Source: Treponematales bacterium (GTDB taxonomy: Bacteria; Spirochaetota; Spirochaetia; Treponematales; JBGSOB01). Taken from it: DNA of 64,000 nucleotides. The stretch covers positions 14,863 to 78,862 of the forward strand of contig JBGSOB010000123.1 in assembly GCA_041739325.1 (NCBI GenBank). Direction: 5' to 3'. Positions 8,907-17,442 of this stretch are shown in pieces. The notes beneath the pieces were generated by a model that ran no database searches, was not told the DNA's origin, and worked only from the letters and a program-made list of their open reading frames with translations. A program made the position numbers and the translations under genes. How positions within the stretch are numbered: the first letter of the stretch is position 1; each line of letters opens with the position of its first letter.

Positions 8907-10292
8907 ATGAACTTCGGATTGCCCTTAGCCATCGTTTTTGTCGTCCTCGCCGCGGTAGCCCTTGTCCTTGTCATGGTCGGGGGGCGCCGTGGGAAGGATA
9001 AGGGCAAGGCAAAGAAGCGCGTGCGCATGCAGGATCGGAACGCCATCATCAAGGACGCCAACCGGCGCCTGGCCTCAAACGCCAAGGATCCGGAGGCCCT
9101 CATGGCCTTGGGAGACCTCTACTATCGCGAGACGGCCTGGGACAAGGCTTTGAAATGCTATGAGACTTTGGCTGACCTCTGCGGTTCCAGCCCGGATTTG
9201 GATGAGTTCGAGATCAACTTCCGCTATGGTATGTCGGCCCTTAAATTGCAAAAGACTGAGGAAGCCTACAAGGGTTTTCTTATCGCCCATACGGTCAAGC
9301 AGGACGTCTTTGAGGTTAACTTCAACTTAGGCTATTTGGAGTTCCAGCGCCGCGCCTATGAAAAGGCCATGGTTTTGCTCAAGCAGGCTTCCACCCAAAA
9401 CCCGGAGAATCCCCTTGCCCTTCGCTATTACGGTCATACCCTCTTTAGGCTTAAAAAATTCAAGGAAGCCATCGTCATCTTGCGTAAGGCGGTAGACCTT
9501 GAGCCAGAAGATAAAGAATCCCTTTTTGCCGTGGCGGAAACCTATTTTGAGCTGGGGCAGGCGGAGAACGCCACCAAGATATTCTCACACCTGCGCACCG
9601 ACCCCGGCCTTGGGCCCAACGCCGCCCTCTTTGCGGGGACAATCCACCTAAACCAGCATCAGTACCCCAAGGCGATCATGGACTTTGAGATTGGCCTTAA
9701 GCATCAAAACATGAAGGTGGAAACCTTGGTAGAGCTTAAGTACCGCTTGGCGGCGGCCTATCTTAAGCAGCAGGAGATTTCCCGGGCGGTGGCCATTCTT
9801 GTGGAGATACAGTCCATCTACCCCAATTATAAAGACGTGGCTATTCAGATAGACCGCTTCCAAGAGCTCAACTCCAACCGCAACCTCCAAACCTATCTGA
9901 TATCCCAGACCTCTGAATTCGTGACCCTCTGCCGCAAGCTTGTCGGTTCCTTCATACCCAATGCAAAGGTGAAGATCCTTGACATTTCGGTGATCCGCAA
10001 CGAGTACGCCGATATCTTAGCGGACGTTGAAACAACTAAGTGGCAGGATCAGATTATGTTCCGTTTTATTCGCTCCACCGGCTCCGTCGGTGAGCTGACC
10101 CTGCGCGACCTTTACGCCAAGATAAAAGAGGTAAAGGCCGGCAAGGGATATTGCCTTACCGCCGGCCTTTTCTCCGACGAGGCAAAGCGCTTTGTTGAGG
10201 CGCGGCTTATTGACTTGATTGAAAAGCCGGCCTTGGTAAAAAGCCTCAACTCCATAGACGCCAGCTCAAGCCTTCTGCCCGAGGAAGACTAA
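8907..10292 (+). CDS. Membrane-anchored TPR protein with C-terminal Mrr/restriction-endonuclease-like domain
   Basis: N-terminal TM followed by a basic patch, about 7-8 TPR units, C-terminal VGELTLRDLYAKIKEVKAGKGYCLTAGLFSDEAKRF...IDLI typical of the Mrr_cat fold. Confidence 0.75.
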   Translation: MNFGLPLAIVFVVLAAVALVLVMVGGRRGKDKGKAKKRVRMQDRNAIIKDANRRLASNAKDPEALMALGDLYYRETAWDKALKCYETLADLCGSSPDLDEFEINFRYGMSALKLQKTEEAYKGFLIAHTVKQDVFEVNFNLGYLEFQRRAYEKAMVLLKQASTQNPENPLALRYYGHTLFRLKKFKEAIVILRKAVDLEPEDKESLFAVAETYFELGQAENATKIFSHLRTDPGLGPNAALFAGTIHLNQHQYPKAIMDFEIGLKHQNMKVETLVELKYRLAAAYLKQQEISRAVAILVEIQSIYPNYKDVAIQIDRFQELNSNRNLQTYLISQTSEFVTLCRKLVGSFIPNAKVKILDISVIRNEYADILADVETTKWQDQIMFRFIRSTGSVGELTLRDLYAKIKEVKAGKGYCLTAGLFSDEAKRFVEARLIDLIEKPALVKSLNSIDASSSLLPEED

Positions 10293-10326
10293 GGCCCCCG
10301 CGGCCTTAGCCTCGACGGTTCTCGCT

Positions 10327-10974
10327 TCAGCCTCCGCGTTTCTTCAATAAAACCAAATGCCTTTCCTCTTCTTCCAAGCCGGGAACCTCGAGTTTGCGTA
10401 TATCCGCGTCCAGGTTATAGCTAGCGATGCCCGCCAGTTCCTCGTCTATCTTTGAGCGTTTGCCCTTGTAGGCGGCTAGGCGGCCCCCAGGCCCTAGGAG
10501 GGCAAGCAGCTCGTCTATGATGGGCTTTTCTAGGGGGCGAAAGGCGCGGAAGCAAACGAGCTCGAAGGGGCCCTTTGTGGCGCAGATGTCTTTTTCCCGA
10601 ATGTCTAGGTTTTGCAGTTTTAGCAGGGCTTTTTGGTTGCTCAGAAAGAGGCAGCGCTTACCTGAGCGTTCGATAAGGGAGAGGGCTGTCTGGGGCAGCA
10701 TAATGGCCAGGGGGATGCCGGGTAGGCCAGCTCCTGAGCCTGCGTCCGCCAGATTTGCCGGATTGAGGGCGGCTATATCCGGGTAGGCGGCTAGGGAATC
10801 CAAGATATGGCGGATGATGAGTGAGTCGCCACTGTCGTTGACAAGGCCGTAGGCTGCGTTCCAGAGCTCTATTTCAAGGATGTAGCGCTCTAGCTGGGAG
10901 AGCTGAAGGGAGCTGGCGGAAATTCCGAGGGCGGCTAGGCCCTTCTCAAGGAGGGCTGTGTTGATCTTGGCCAT
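10327..10974 (-). CDS. rsmG: 16S rRNA m7G527 methyltransferase
   Basis: RHILDSL, DAGSGAGLPGIPLAI, RAF, YKG, EERHL. Confidence 0.95.
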   Translation of the reverse strand: MAKINTALLEKGLAALGISASSLQLSQLERYILEIELWNAAYGLVNDSGDSLIIRHILDSLAAYPDIAALNPANLADAGSGAGLPGIPLAIMLPQTALSLIERSGKRCLFLSNQKALLKLQNLDIREKDICATKGPFELVCFRAFRPLEKPIIDELLALLGPGGRLAAYKGKRSKIDEELAGIASYNLDADIRKLEVPGLEEEERHLVLLKKRGG

Positions 10975-11024
10975 AGGCGGATACTAGCCCATCCGCGGTT
11001 AGGGGGTACAGGGCCCTAAAGGCT

Positions 11025-11405
11025 CTAGTTTGCGTCTGGGGTATGGGCGCCGTAGCTGTTAAGCTGGCGGTAGACTTGGTCGGCAAGCCCAAAGCCGGCG
11101 TTCTTTGTCATTGACTGGGCGTATTCGTCGTAGAGCATGTCTGAGAAGATGTCTTCCGCCATGCCCCCGTCTATCATGCCGCTTTTTTCCACCGACTTGC
11201 GCATTTCGGAGAGCATCATCTTCACGAAGATGGACTCGAATTCCTGGGCTTGCTTGTAAAGCTCCGAGCTTTTATCAATGTGGGAATTGACGCCTGCGCC
11301 TCGGCTGGCGCCTTGGCCCGAGGCCGCCTGCAGTTTTGATTGCCTCTCTAGGGCGGAGCCTAAGTCGCGGTTGTCGTATTGCAGGCGGGCAGCGTCGATT
11401 ACCAT
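11025..11405 (-). CDS. flgJ: Single-domain flagellar rod-binding protein (FlgJ N-terminal type)
   Basis: AQEFESIFVKMMLSEMRKS...IFSDMLYDEYA...GFGLADQVYRQL; follows flgG. Confidence 0.85.
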   Translation of the reverse strand: MVIDAARLQYDNRDLGSALERQSKLQAASGQGASRGAGVNSHIDKSSELYKQAQEFESIFVKMMLSEMRKSVEKSGMIDGGMAEDIFSDMLYDEYAQSMTKNAGFGLADQVYRQLNSYGAHTPDAN

Positions 11406-11416
11406 CTAGCTAGCCC

Positions 11417-12211
11417 TTAGCGCTTGAGGCCGGTTGCGGTGCCAAGCATGTTGTCCGATGTCTGAATGGCCTTTGAGTTGAACTCGTAGGCGCGTTGCGC
11501 GACGATCATGTTGACCATTTCCTGCACTACCTGGACATTGGACATTTCCAGCATCTTATGTTGCACCTTGCCCATGCCGTCATAGCCGGGGCGGCCGGAG
11601 ATGGGGTCTCCGGAGGCGTTGGATATCTTAAAGAGGTTCTCACCGATGGCGGTCAGGCCAACCGGGTTGGGAAAGCGGTAGAGCTCAAGCTGGCCCACTT
11701 GGATGGGGTCGTCGTTGCCCGGCACCTTGACGGTGACCCGCCCGTCTTGGGAGATGGCCAGGTCCTTGCGGATGAATTGCTCCGGCATGACGAGTTCCGG
11801 CATGAGCTTGTAGCCGTTGGAGGTGACGAACTGGCCGTTGGAGTCTATTTCGAAGGAACCGTCGCGGGTGTAGGCGTAGGAGCCGTCGTAGAGCATGATG
11901 CGGAAAAAGCCGTCGCCGGTAAGGGCGATGTCGGTTTCATTGAGTGTGCTTTGCAGCGAGCCCTGGGCAAACTGGCGCTGGGTGGCGGATACCTTTACCC
12001 CGTGCCCCATCTGGATGCCGACAGGGGTGACCGTGTCCTCGGTGGCAGGGGTGCCGGCAGTGCGGATAGTCTGGTAGATGAGGTCCTCAAACTCGGCGCG
12101 CACCTTCTTAAAGCCGGTGGTGTTAACGTTGGAGAGGTTGTTGGAGATCGTGTCGATATTCGCCTGCTGGCCGATCATGCCCGAGGCCGCCGTCCATAAT
12201 GATCTTACCAT
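11417..12211 (-). CDS. flgG: Flagellar basal-body distal rod protein FlgG
   Basis: SLWTAASGM..QQ..IDTISNNLSNVNTTGFKK, YTRDGSF, LEMSNV...EMVNMIVAQRAYEFNSK; 264 aa. Confidence 0.96.
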   Translation of the reverse strand: MVRSLWTAASGMIGQQANIDTISNNLSNVNTTGFKKVRAEFEDLIYQTIRTAGTPATEDTVTPVGIQMGHGVKVSATQRQFAQGSLQSTLNETDIALTGDGFFRIMLYDGSYAYTRDGSFEIDSNGQFVTSNGYKLMPELVMPEQFIRKDLAISQDGRVTVKVPGNDDPIQVGQLELYRFPNPVGLTAIGENLFKISNASGDPISGRPGYDGMGKVQHKMLEMSNVQVVQEMVNMIVAQRAYEFNSKAIQTSDNMLGTATGLKR

Positions 12212-12232
12212 TGCCGTGACTCCTTATCCGCC

Positions 12233-13102
12233 TTAAACGCGGGCTACTTCGTTGATGAGCTTGCCGAGCATGGCGTCTTCCGACTGTATGCTCTTCTGAT
12301 TGGCTTCGTAGGCGCGATTGACTTCTATCATCTGCACCATCTCCGTTACGGGATTGACGTTGGCCGCTTCCCGGAAGCCCTGGTGGATGGCGGGTCTCTC
12401 GCTGCCCTGGGCCACGACCCTTGCCGGCCCCGACTCCTCGGTTGCCGCCCAAAGGCTGATGCCCTGTTTGGCCAGGTAGCGCTGGTTCTTAAAATCGGTC
12501 AGTTTGAGGGTGTCCAGGAGGACTGTTTTTTCCCAGCTGTTTTCTTCACGGCCGACAAGGCGCTGGGGGTCGTCTTCATAGGCTTCGTTGATCCAGACCC
12601 GCCCTTCCTTGTCCACTAGGAAATTGTTGGCCTTGACGCGGATGGGGCCGTTTTCTCCCAGGACGGGATAGCCCTCACGGGTTTCCAGGTAGCCTTCCTT
12701 GCCCAGGGTAAAGCCTCCGTTGCGGGTATATCGCTCGCCGGAGGGGGTCTGAATGGAGAAAAAGGCGGTTCGGGCATCCTCAGCCTTTTGGTCTATGGCA
12801 AAGTCGAAGTCGCTGTCGGTTTGCTTGAGGGCGCCCTGGCCGAACTCGGTAAAAAGCTCGTTTGTTTCCACGCCTAGGCCTATCTTGCCTATGATGGGGG
12901 AGTAGTCTCCTGAGCCTAGGGGGTGCTTATAGAGACCGTCGTCGCCCATACGATGTAAGAGGAGTTCAGGGAAAGACTTATGAATGGCGATATCACGCTT
13001 GTAGCCGTCTGTGTCTACATTGGCGAGGTTGTTGGAGATAGCGTCCAACCGTACCTGTTGGGCATTCATGCCGCTGGCTCCCGTGTATAAACCGCGAATC
13101 AT
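12233..13102 (-). CDS. flgF: Flagellar basal-body rod protein FlgF/FlhO
   Basis: MIRGLYTGASGM...ISNNLANVDTDGYKRD, RYTRNG, ANVNPVTEMVQMIEVNRAYEANQK. Confidence 0.85.
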   Translation of the reverse strand: MIRGLYTGASGMNAQQVRLDAISNNLANVDTDGYKRDIAIHKSFPELLLHRMGDDGLYKHPLGSGDYSPIIGKIGLGVETNELFTEFGQGALKQTDSDFDFAIDQKAEDARTAFFSIQTPSGERYTRNGGFTLGKEGYLETREGYPVLGENGPIRVKANNFLVDKEGRVWINEAYEDDPQRLVGREENSWEKTVLLDTLKLTDFKNQRYLAKQGISLWAATEESGPARVVAQGSERPAIHQGFREAANVNPVTEMVQMIEVNRAYEANQKSIQSEDAMLGKLINEVARV

Positions 13103-13121
13103 AGGTTTCTCCTCATGTGAG

Positions 13122-13149
13122 GTATCGGTAATCCGGCAGCCCGGCTTGA
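13122..13149 (-). promoter_or_regulatory. sigma28 (FliA)-type promoter for flgF-flgG-flgJ
   Basis: TCAA-N16-ACCGATAC upstream of the GAGGAG RBS. Confidence 0.65.
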
Positions 13150-13214
13150 GGGCTTCCGGGGCCTGATATGTATGTAAAAAAGCTCCATTTTTTTTACTGT
13201 TATGGCCTCTTCTC

Positions 13215-13243
13215 TTGCGAGACTGGTAAAGCTGGGCTACACT
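13215..13243 (+). promoter_or_regulatory. sigma70-like promoter for the chemoreceptor gene
   Basis: TTGCGA-N17-TACACT. Confidence 0.45.
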
Positions 13244-13273
13244 GTTTCCTTATGAAGGAAGGTATAAATAATC

Positions 13274-14902
13274 ATGGATAAGGGATTTATGGGGTTTTTC
13301 CTCAAAAAGTATGAGTCTTCCAGCCTCCAGATTCAGAAAAAAAGCCGCTTCCTCGTGAAGGCAAGCCTGATTATGGGGGCCCTAAGCCTTCTTCTAGGCC
13401 TTGTCATGCTCCTTACCGGGGCCTTGGTAGCCGGACTGTCCATTCTCTTTTTCTTTGCCTTCTGTGTCCTTGTTCTTGCTACCCTTAAGCTTGGTTTCTA
13501 TAATCTATCTTCCTCCCTTTTCCTTTACGTGCTGTTTGCGGTGATGTTCGCGGCCATCAAATTCGACGCCTATAAGAACATTTATGAGTGCTACGTCTTC
13601 GGTACCCTAGGCTCCTTCCTTCTTATTACCGGGGCCATGGTTGCCAACCAATCCAGGCAGATCGTGGTTTTGACAATCCTTAATATTGTTGCTATCGCAC
13701 TCCTCTACGTGCTCGATAGCCTGCCCCTTTCCGGGGGCAAGGTTGAGCTCCTTGATATACAATCCTTAGCTACCTCCGCGGTATTGATCAGCTTAAGCGG
13801 TGTTTTTGCCACCTCCCTTGTAAAGACAACCCGGGGCTTGATTGGCAGGGTTGAAGAGGAAGCGGAATCCGCCAGCCGCAACTGCGTCCGCCTGAATGAG
13901 GCGATGCAGGGAGCACAGGCCTCCGCTTACTCCATCGGCGCCAAGCTTTCTTCCAGCGCTAATCGCGCCGGAGACTCAGTGCGTTCCATGCAATCTATGG
14001 TCAAGGGCATGGCGATGAGCTTGGACGAGCTTTCTTCCGCCCTCTCCGAGTCTGAGCGTGCCAATTCCAAGGCAGTGCTTAACCAGGCTCAGGTAAAAAC
14101 ATCGCTGGATTCTTATTCGCGGGAGGTGTCCCATGCCTCCGGGGCCATAGAGGAGATGGCGGCGGCCGTTTCCTCCATCTCCGAGCAGGCTTCCCAAAAA
14201 AAGCAGGCGGTGCACTCTTTGGTTGAAATGGCCAAGTCCGGCGAGCTGAAGTTGGCTTCCATAAAAAGCGGCATTGATAGGATTCTGGACTCCGCCCAGC
14301 GGATGATGGAGATGAGCGGCTTTATTGAGGATGTGGCGGAACGCACCAACCTTTTGGGTATGAACGCCTCCATTGAGGCGGCACACGCCGGCCAGACGGG
14401 CAAGGGCTTTGCGGTAGTGGCCGACCAGATACGCGCCCTCTCGGTAGAGACGAGCAAGAGTTCGCGCATCATTTCCGAAACCCTCAAGGATACCCGCGAC
14501 TCGATTGCGGCGGCATCGGCCCAGAACGCGGAAGTGCTTGATTTTTTCAAGCGCATATCCGGCGATATTTTGGAGTTCGGATCGATGCTGGACGAATTCC
14601 TCTCCAACCTGCAGGAGATTTCCGCCGGGGTGCGCGACGTGCTAAACGCGGTAGAGACCGTTTCCGCTTTAACGAGCAAGACCGAGGAGACGGTGAAGGA
14701 ATCCACTGCTTCCATCAGCCATTCTTCAGAGGGCATTCAGACCGTGACAAAGATTGCCGTGGGGGTGCGTGACGAGTCTTCCAAAATGAGCTTGATGATA
14801 AGCGACGTGCTCAGCGAGACTGAGTCGGTAGCTTCCTTAGGCGATGAAAACCTCAAGGTGATAGAGGGCCTCAAGGCAACGATAGACAGCGTTAAGGAAT
14901 AG
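13274..14902 (+). CDS. Methyl-accepting chemotaxis protein with about 6-TM sensor
   Basis: [33 protein letters not shown] signalling hairpin; hydrophobic N-terminal 185 aa. Confidence 0.92.
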   Translation: MDKGFMGFFLKKYESSSLQIQKKSRFLVKASLIMGALSLLLGLVMLLTGALVAGLSILFFFAFCVLVLATLKLGFYNLSSSLFLYVLFAVMFAAIKFDAYKNIYECYVFGTLGSFLLITGAMVANQSRQIVVLTILNIVAIALLYVLDSLPLSGGKVELLDIQSLATSAVLISLSGVFATSLVKTTRGLIGRVEEEAESASRNCVRLNEAMQGAQASAYSIGAKLSSSANRAGDSVRSMQSMVKGMAMSLDELSSALSESERANSKAVLNQAQVKTSLDSYSREVSHASGAIEEMAAAVSSISEQASQKKQAVHSLVEMAKSGELKLASIKSGIDRILDSAQRMMEMSGFIEDVAERTNLLGMNASIEAAHAGQTGKGFAVVADQIRALSVETSKSSRIISETLKDTRDSIAAASAQNAEVLDFFKRISGDILEFGSMLDEFLSNLQEISAGVRDVLNAVETVSALTSKTEETVKESTASISHSSEGIQTVTKIAVGVRDESSKMSLMISDVLSETESVASLGDENLKVIEGLKATIDSVKE

Positions 14903-14992
14903 CTTTTAGCTTTTGGAAGGGCCGAACTGCCTTGGCAGTTCGGAGGGCGCGGGGAAGAAACCTTTTGTAAAAAGGTGTCTTTTCCGCTTTTC

Positions 14993-15886
14993 CTAACTCT
15001 CTTTTTTTGCGGGCGCGGCCAATGTTGCCAAAAAGACGCCGCCTAAGACGACGACAGCCCCGAGTACTTGTATGAGCTGGAGACGGTCTCCTAGGACGGC
15101 AAAGCCCGCGATGATGGCCACTACCGGTATGAGGTTGATGAAAACCGAAGAGACGCTGAGGCCCAGCTTGTCCACTGACACGACGTAAAACCAATAGCCC
15201 AGCGCCGAACAGAAGCTTGCCAGGAAGGCGATGTTGGCCCAGACGATTGGGGAGATGGGCGCCCAAGCGCGGCGTTCGAGAAGCGCAAAGGGTATGAAGC
15301 CCAGCATGCCGAAGAGGCTCTGATAGAAGACGATGGTGATACGCTGGTAGCGCGCCGAGATCTTGCGCGTGATGAAGGAATAAATGACCCATGAGATTCC
15401 GGCCCCAAACATGAAGATATAGCCGCGGATGTCTGAATGGCCGGAGATGCCCCCAGACACTAAGAGATAGACGCCCAGGGTTGAGAGGGCCGCCCCGGCG
15501 TACTGGGCCGGGCGGAGCCGCGTTTTGAGGAAGATCCGCTCGGCCAAGAGGCTCATGACCGGGATAAATGCTATGGCTAGGGAGGCCTCGCTGGCCGTTA
15601 CCAGCTTGACGCCGTTGTTCTCACAGAAAAAATAGAGGGTGACGCCGACTAAACCGGCCGCGGCTAGCAGGGGAATGTCCTTGGGCTGGAGCTTGTCTTG
15701 GGGGGCAAGAAGGCGTTTGAGAAGGGCCAAAAGGGCGGTGGCCGCGATAAAGCGCAAAAGCCCCAGGGTCATGGGTGGTACGACGGCTACGGCTACCTTG
15801 ATGGAGAGGAAGGAGAGGCCCCAGATAAGGGCGATGCTGATGCCGGCCGCGATGCCGAGCTTGCGTGGATTGAGTGGGTGGGGCAT
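14993..15886 (-). CDS. DMT/EamA-family transporter
   Basis: IWGLSF, two 5-TM repeats, NLIPVV...LGDRL. Confidence 0.9.
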   Translation of the reverse strand: MPHPLNPRKLGIAAGISIALIWGLSFLSIKVAVAVVPPMTLGLLRFIAATALLALLKRLLAPQDKLQPKDIPLLAAAGLVGVTLYFFCENNGVKLVTASEASLAIAFIPVMSLLAERIFLKTRLRPAQYAGAALSTLGVYLLVSGGISGHSDIRGYIFMFGAGISWVIYSFITRKISARYQRITIVFYQSLFGMLGFIPFALLERRAWAPISPIVWANIAFLASFCSALGYWFYVVSVDKLGLSVSSVFINLIPVVAIIAGFAVLGDRLQLIQVLGAVVVLGGVFLATLAAPAKKES

Positions 15887-15947
15887 GGGCTATCATAGCC
15901 AGTCAAAGGCTTAACACGCAAGCCTGCATGCGCTAGAATCCCCCATC

Positions 15948-17438
15948 ATGGACATTCGAATTCGCCCTGCTCTAGGGCCCGTAGCCCTCCTTTTTACCCT
16001 TTGCCTGGCCTTGCTGGCCTTTTTTTCCTGCAGCCCGGTGGTGGGCTGGGGAGTGGTGCTCTGGGACTCGGACGACCCCAGGTTGGAAATTGAAGAGGAT
16101 ACGGCTAGTAATGGGCTTGAAGCTAAGGTTGGCTTGGATGCTCTTGAGGGCTCCGCCTCCGATGCTGGATCCCTTGCCGCGGAATCGAGCCCTGATAACC
16201 CGGACGCGAAAACTATCATCCAGGATCCTGCTTTGGAAGTGGGGCAGGTGGTTCCCATCTATCTGAAATCCAGCATCCAGAAGCTCTATGTTGTGGGGGT
16301 TCCCGGTACCAAGCGTAAAACCGAGATTTCCCAATGGAGGCTTGAGTCGTTTGCCTCGAAGGGCGGGGCGAATGCCTACCTGCGCAAATTTAAGTCTAGC
16401 ATTCCCCTCTGGGGCATTGCCATGCGCGACGGCTTGGTGATTCGCTCTAGCCCGGACAACACCGGCAACAACCGCGTTTACCGCCTGCGCGAGCGTGAGC
16501 TTGTGAAGATTTTGCAAAAAACCGAGGGTGTGGAGGTTAAATCCGGAGAGGAGCGCCTTGAGGGAGACTGGTTCCAGGTGCTCTCGGGCGACGGGACGCG
16601 AGGCTACGCCTTTTCCAACACCTTGAAGATTTTTGACATGACGAAGGAAACGGCCCAAGAGGCGGCGGCCGGGTTTAGGGTGAAGCGCGACGATTCCATA
16701 GACGCCATCCTGACAAAACCCTGGCGGCCCGAGATTTTCCGCACTATGATAGACGACCGCCACTATGACCTTGACGAATTCTCCCCCCGCTATGGGCTCT
16801 TCACCGACCTGGAAACCCGGACCATCCGTCTTGAGCTGCCCAACCTCTCCAAAACCTTCGGCTACAAAGAGAGCCTTAAACTGCGCGCCAATCTCTACGG
16901 CTTTGACGGGAACAGCCTGCAGATTCAGTTGCGCTCGGACGAATTGATTACCCTCTCCTACCCAGACAACGCCGGCAAGACGCGGGCTATCGTCATGGTC
17001 TTGGTGGAAGAGGATATGGAAGCCTTGGCGCGTGAAGAGGAAGGGCGGCGGCAGGCTATCCTTGAGTCCATCCTTGCCAAGGGCAAGGTATTGATAAGCG
17101 ACAGCTACGGGCAGATAAGCCTTTCGAGTTCCAGGCGCTTTGTCTGGACCGGTTACGAGCGCTTGGTTCCCGGCGTTATCCCCCGGGACCTAGGCTCCGG
17201 CGGAGAGATCGTCTTTGACCGCTATGTTGACGAGGACCTCGACGAGATATTCTCCGGGGTGCTGAACTTCAGGTTTGACCAGCTTTCCAAGGGCGAGACG
17301 ATACGTTTCTACTATACCATTACCCTTGAGGGCTTGCGGCTGGAGCAGATGCCCTTTGAGCCCTACGATCCCACTGGTTTAGTGGCCAGGCGACGCCGGC
17401 CGGCCCCGGTAGTGGCCTTCTTCTCCCACCAGGACTAG
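15948..17438 (+). CDS. Spirochaetal SH3b-domain lipoprotein
   Basis: Lipobox LAFFS-C, GWGVVLW, SH3b-like RDGLVIRSSPD...VYRLRERELVKIL...GDWFQVLSGDGTRGYAFS. Confidence 0.7.
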   Translation: MDIRIRPALGPVALLFTLCLALLAFFSCSPVVGWGVVLWDSDDPRLEIEEDTASNGLEAKVGLDALEGSASDAGSLAAESSPDNPDAKTIIQDPALEVGQVVPIYLKSSIQKLYVVGVPGTKRKTEISQWRLESFASKGGANAYLRKFKSSIPLWGIAMRDGLVIRSSPDNTGNNRVYRLRERELVKILQKTEGVEVKSGEERLEGDWFQVLSGDGTRGYAFSNTLKIFDMTKETAQEAAAGFRVKRDDSIDAILTKPWRPEIFRTMIDDRHYDLDEFSPRYGLFTDLETRTIRLELPNLSKTFGYKESLKLRANLYGFDGNSLQIQLRSDELITLSYPDNAGKTRAIVMVLVEEDMEALAREEEGRRQAILESILAKGKVLISDSYGQISLSSSRRFVWTGYERLVPGVIPRDLGSGGEIVFDRYVDEDLDEIFSGVLNFRFDQLSKGETIRFYYTITLEGLRLEQMPFEPYDPTGLVARRRRPAPVVAFFSHQD

Positions 17439-17442
17439 GGAG

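Noticed and set aside
8907-10292. Type IV restriction defence system
   Set aside because: Catalytic motif is degenerate, context is housekeeping, and there are no partner defence genes
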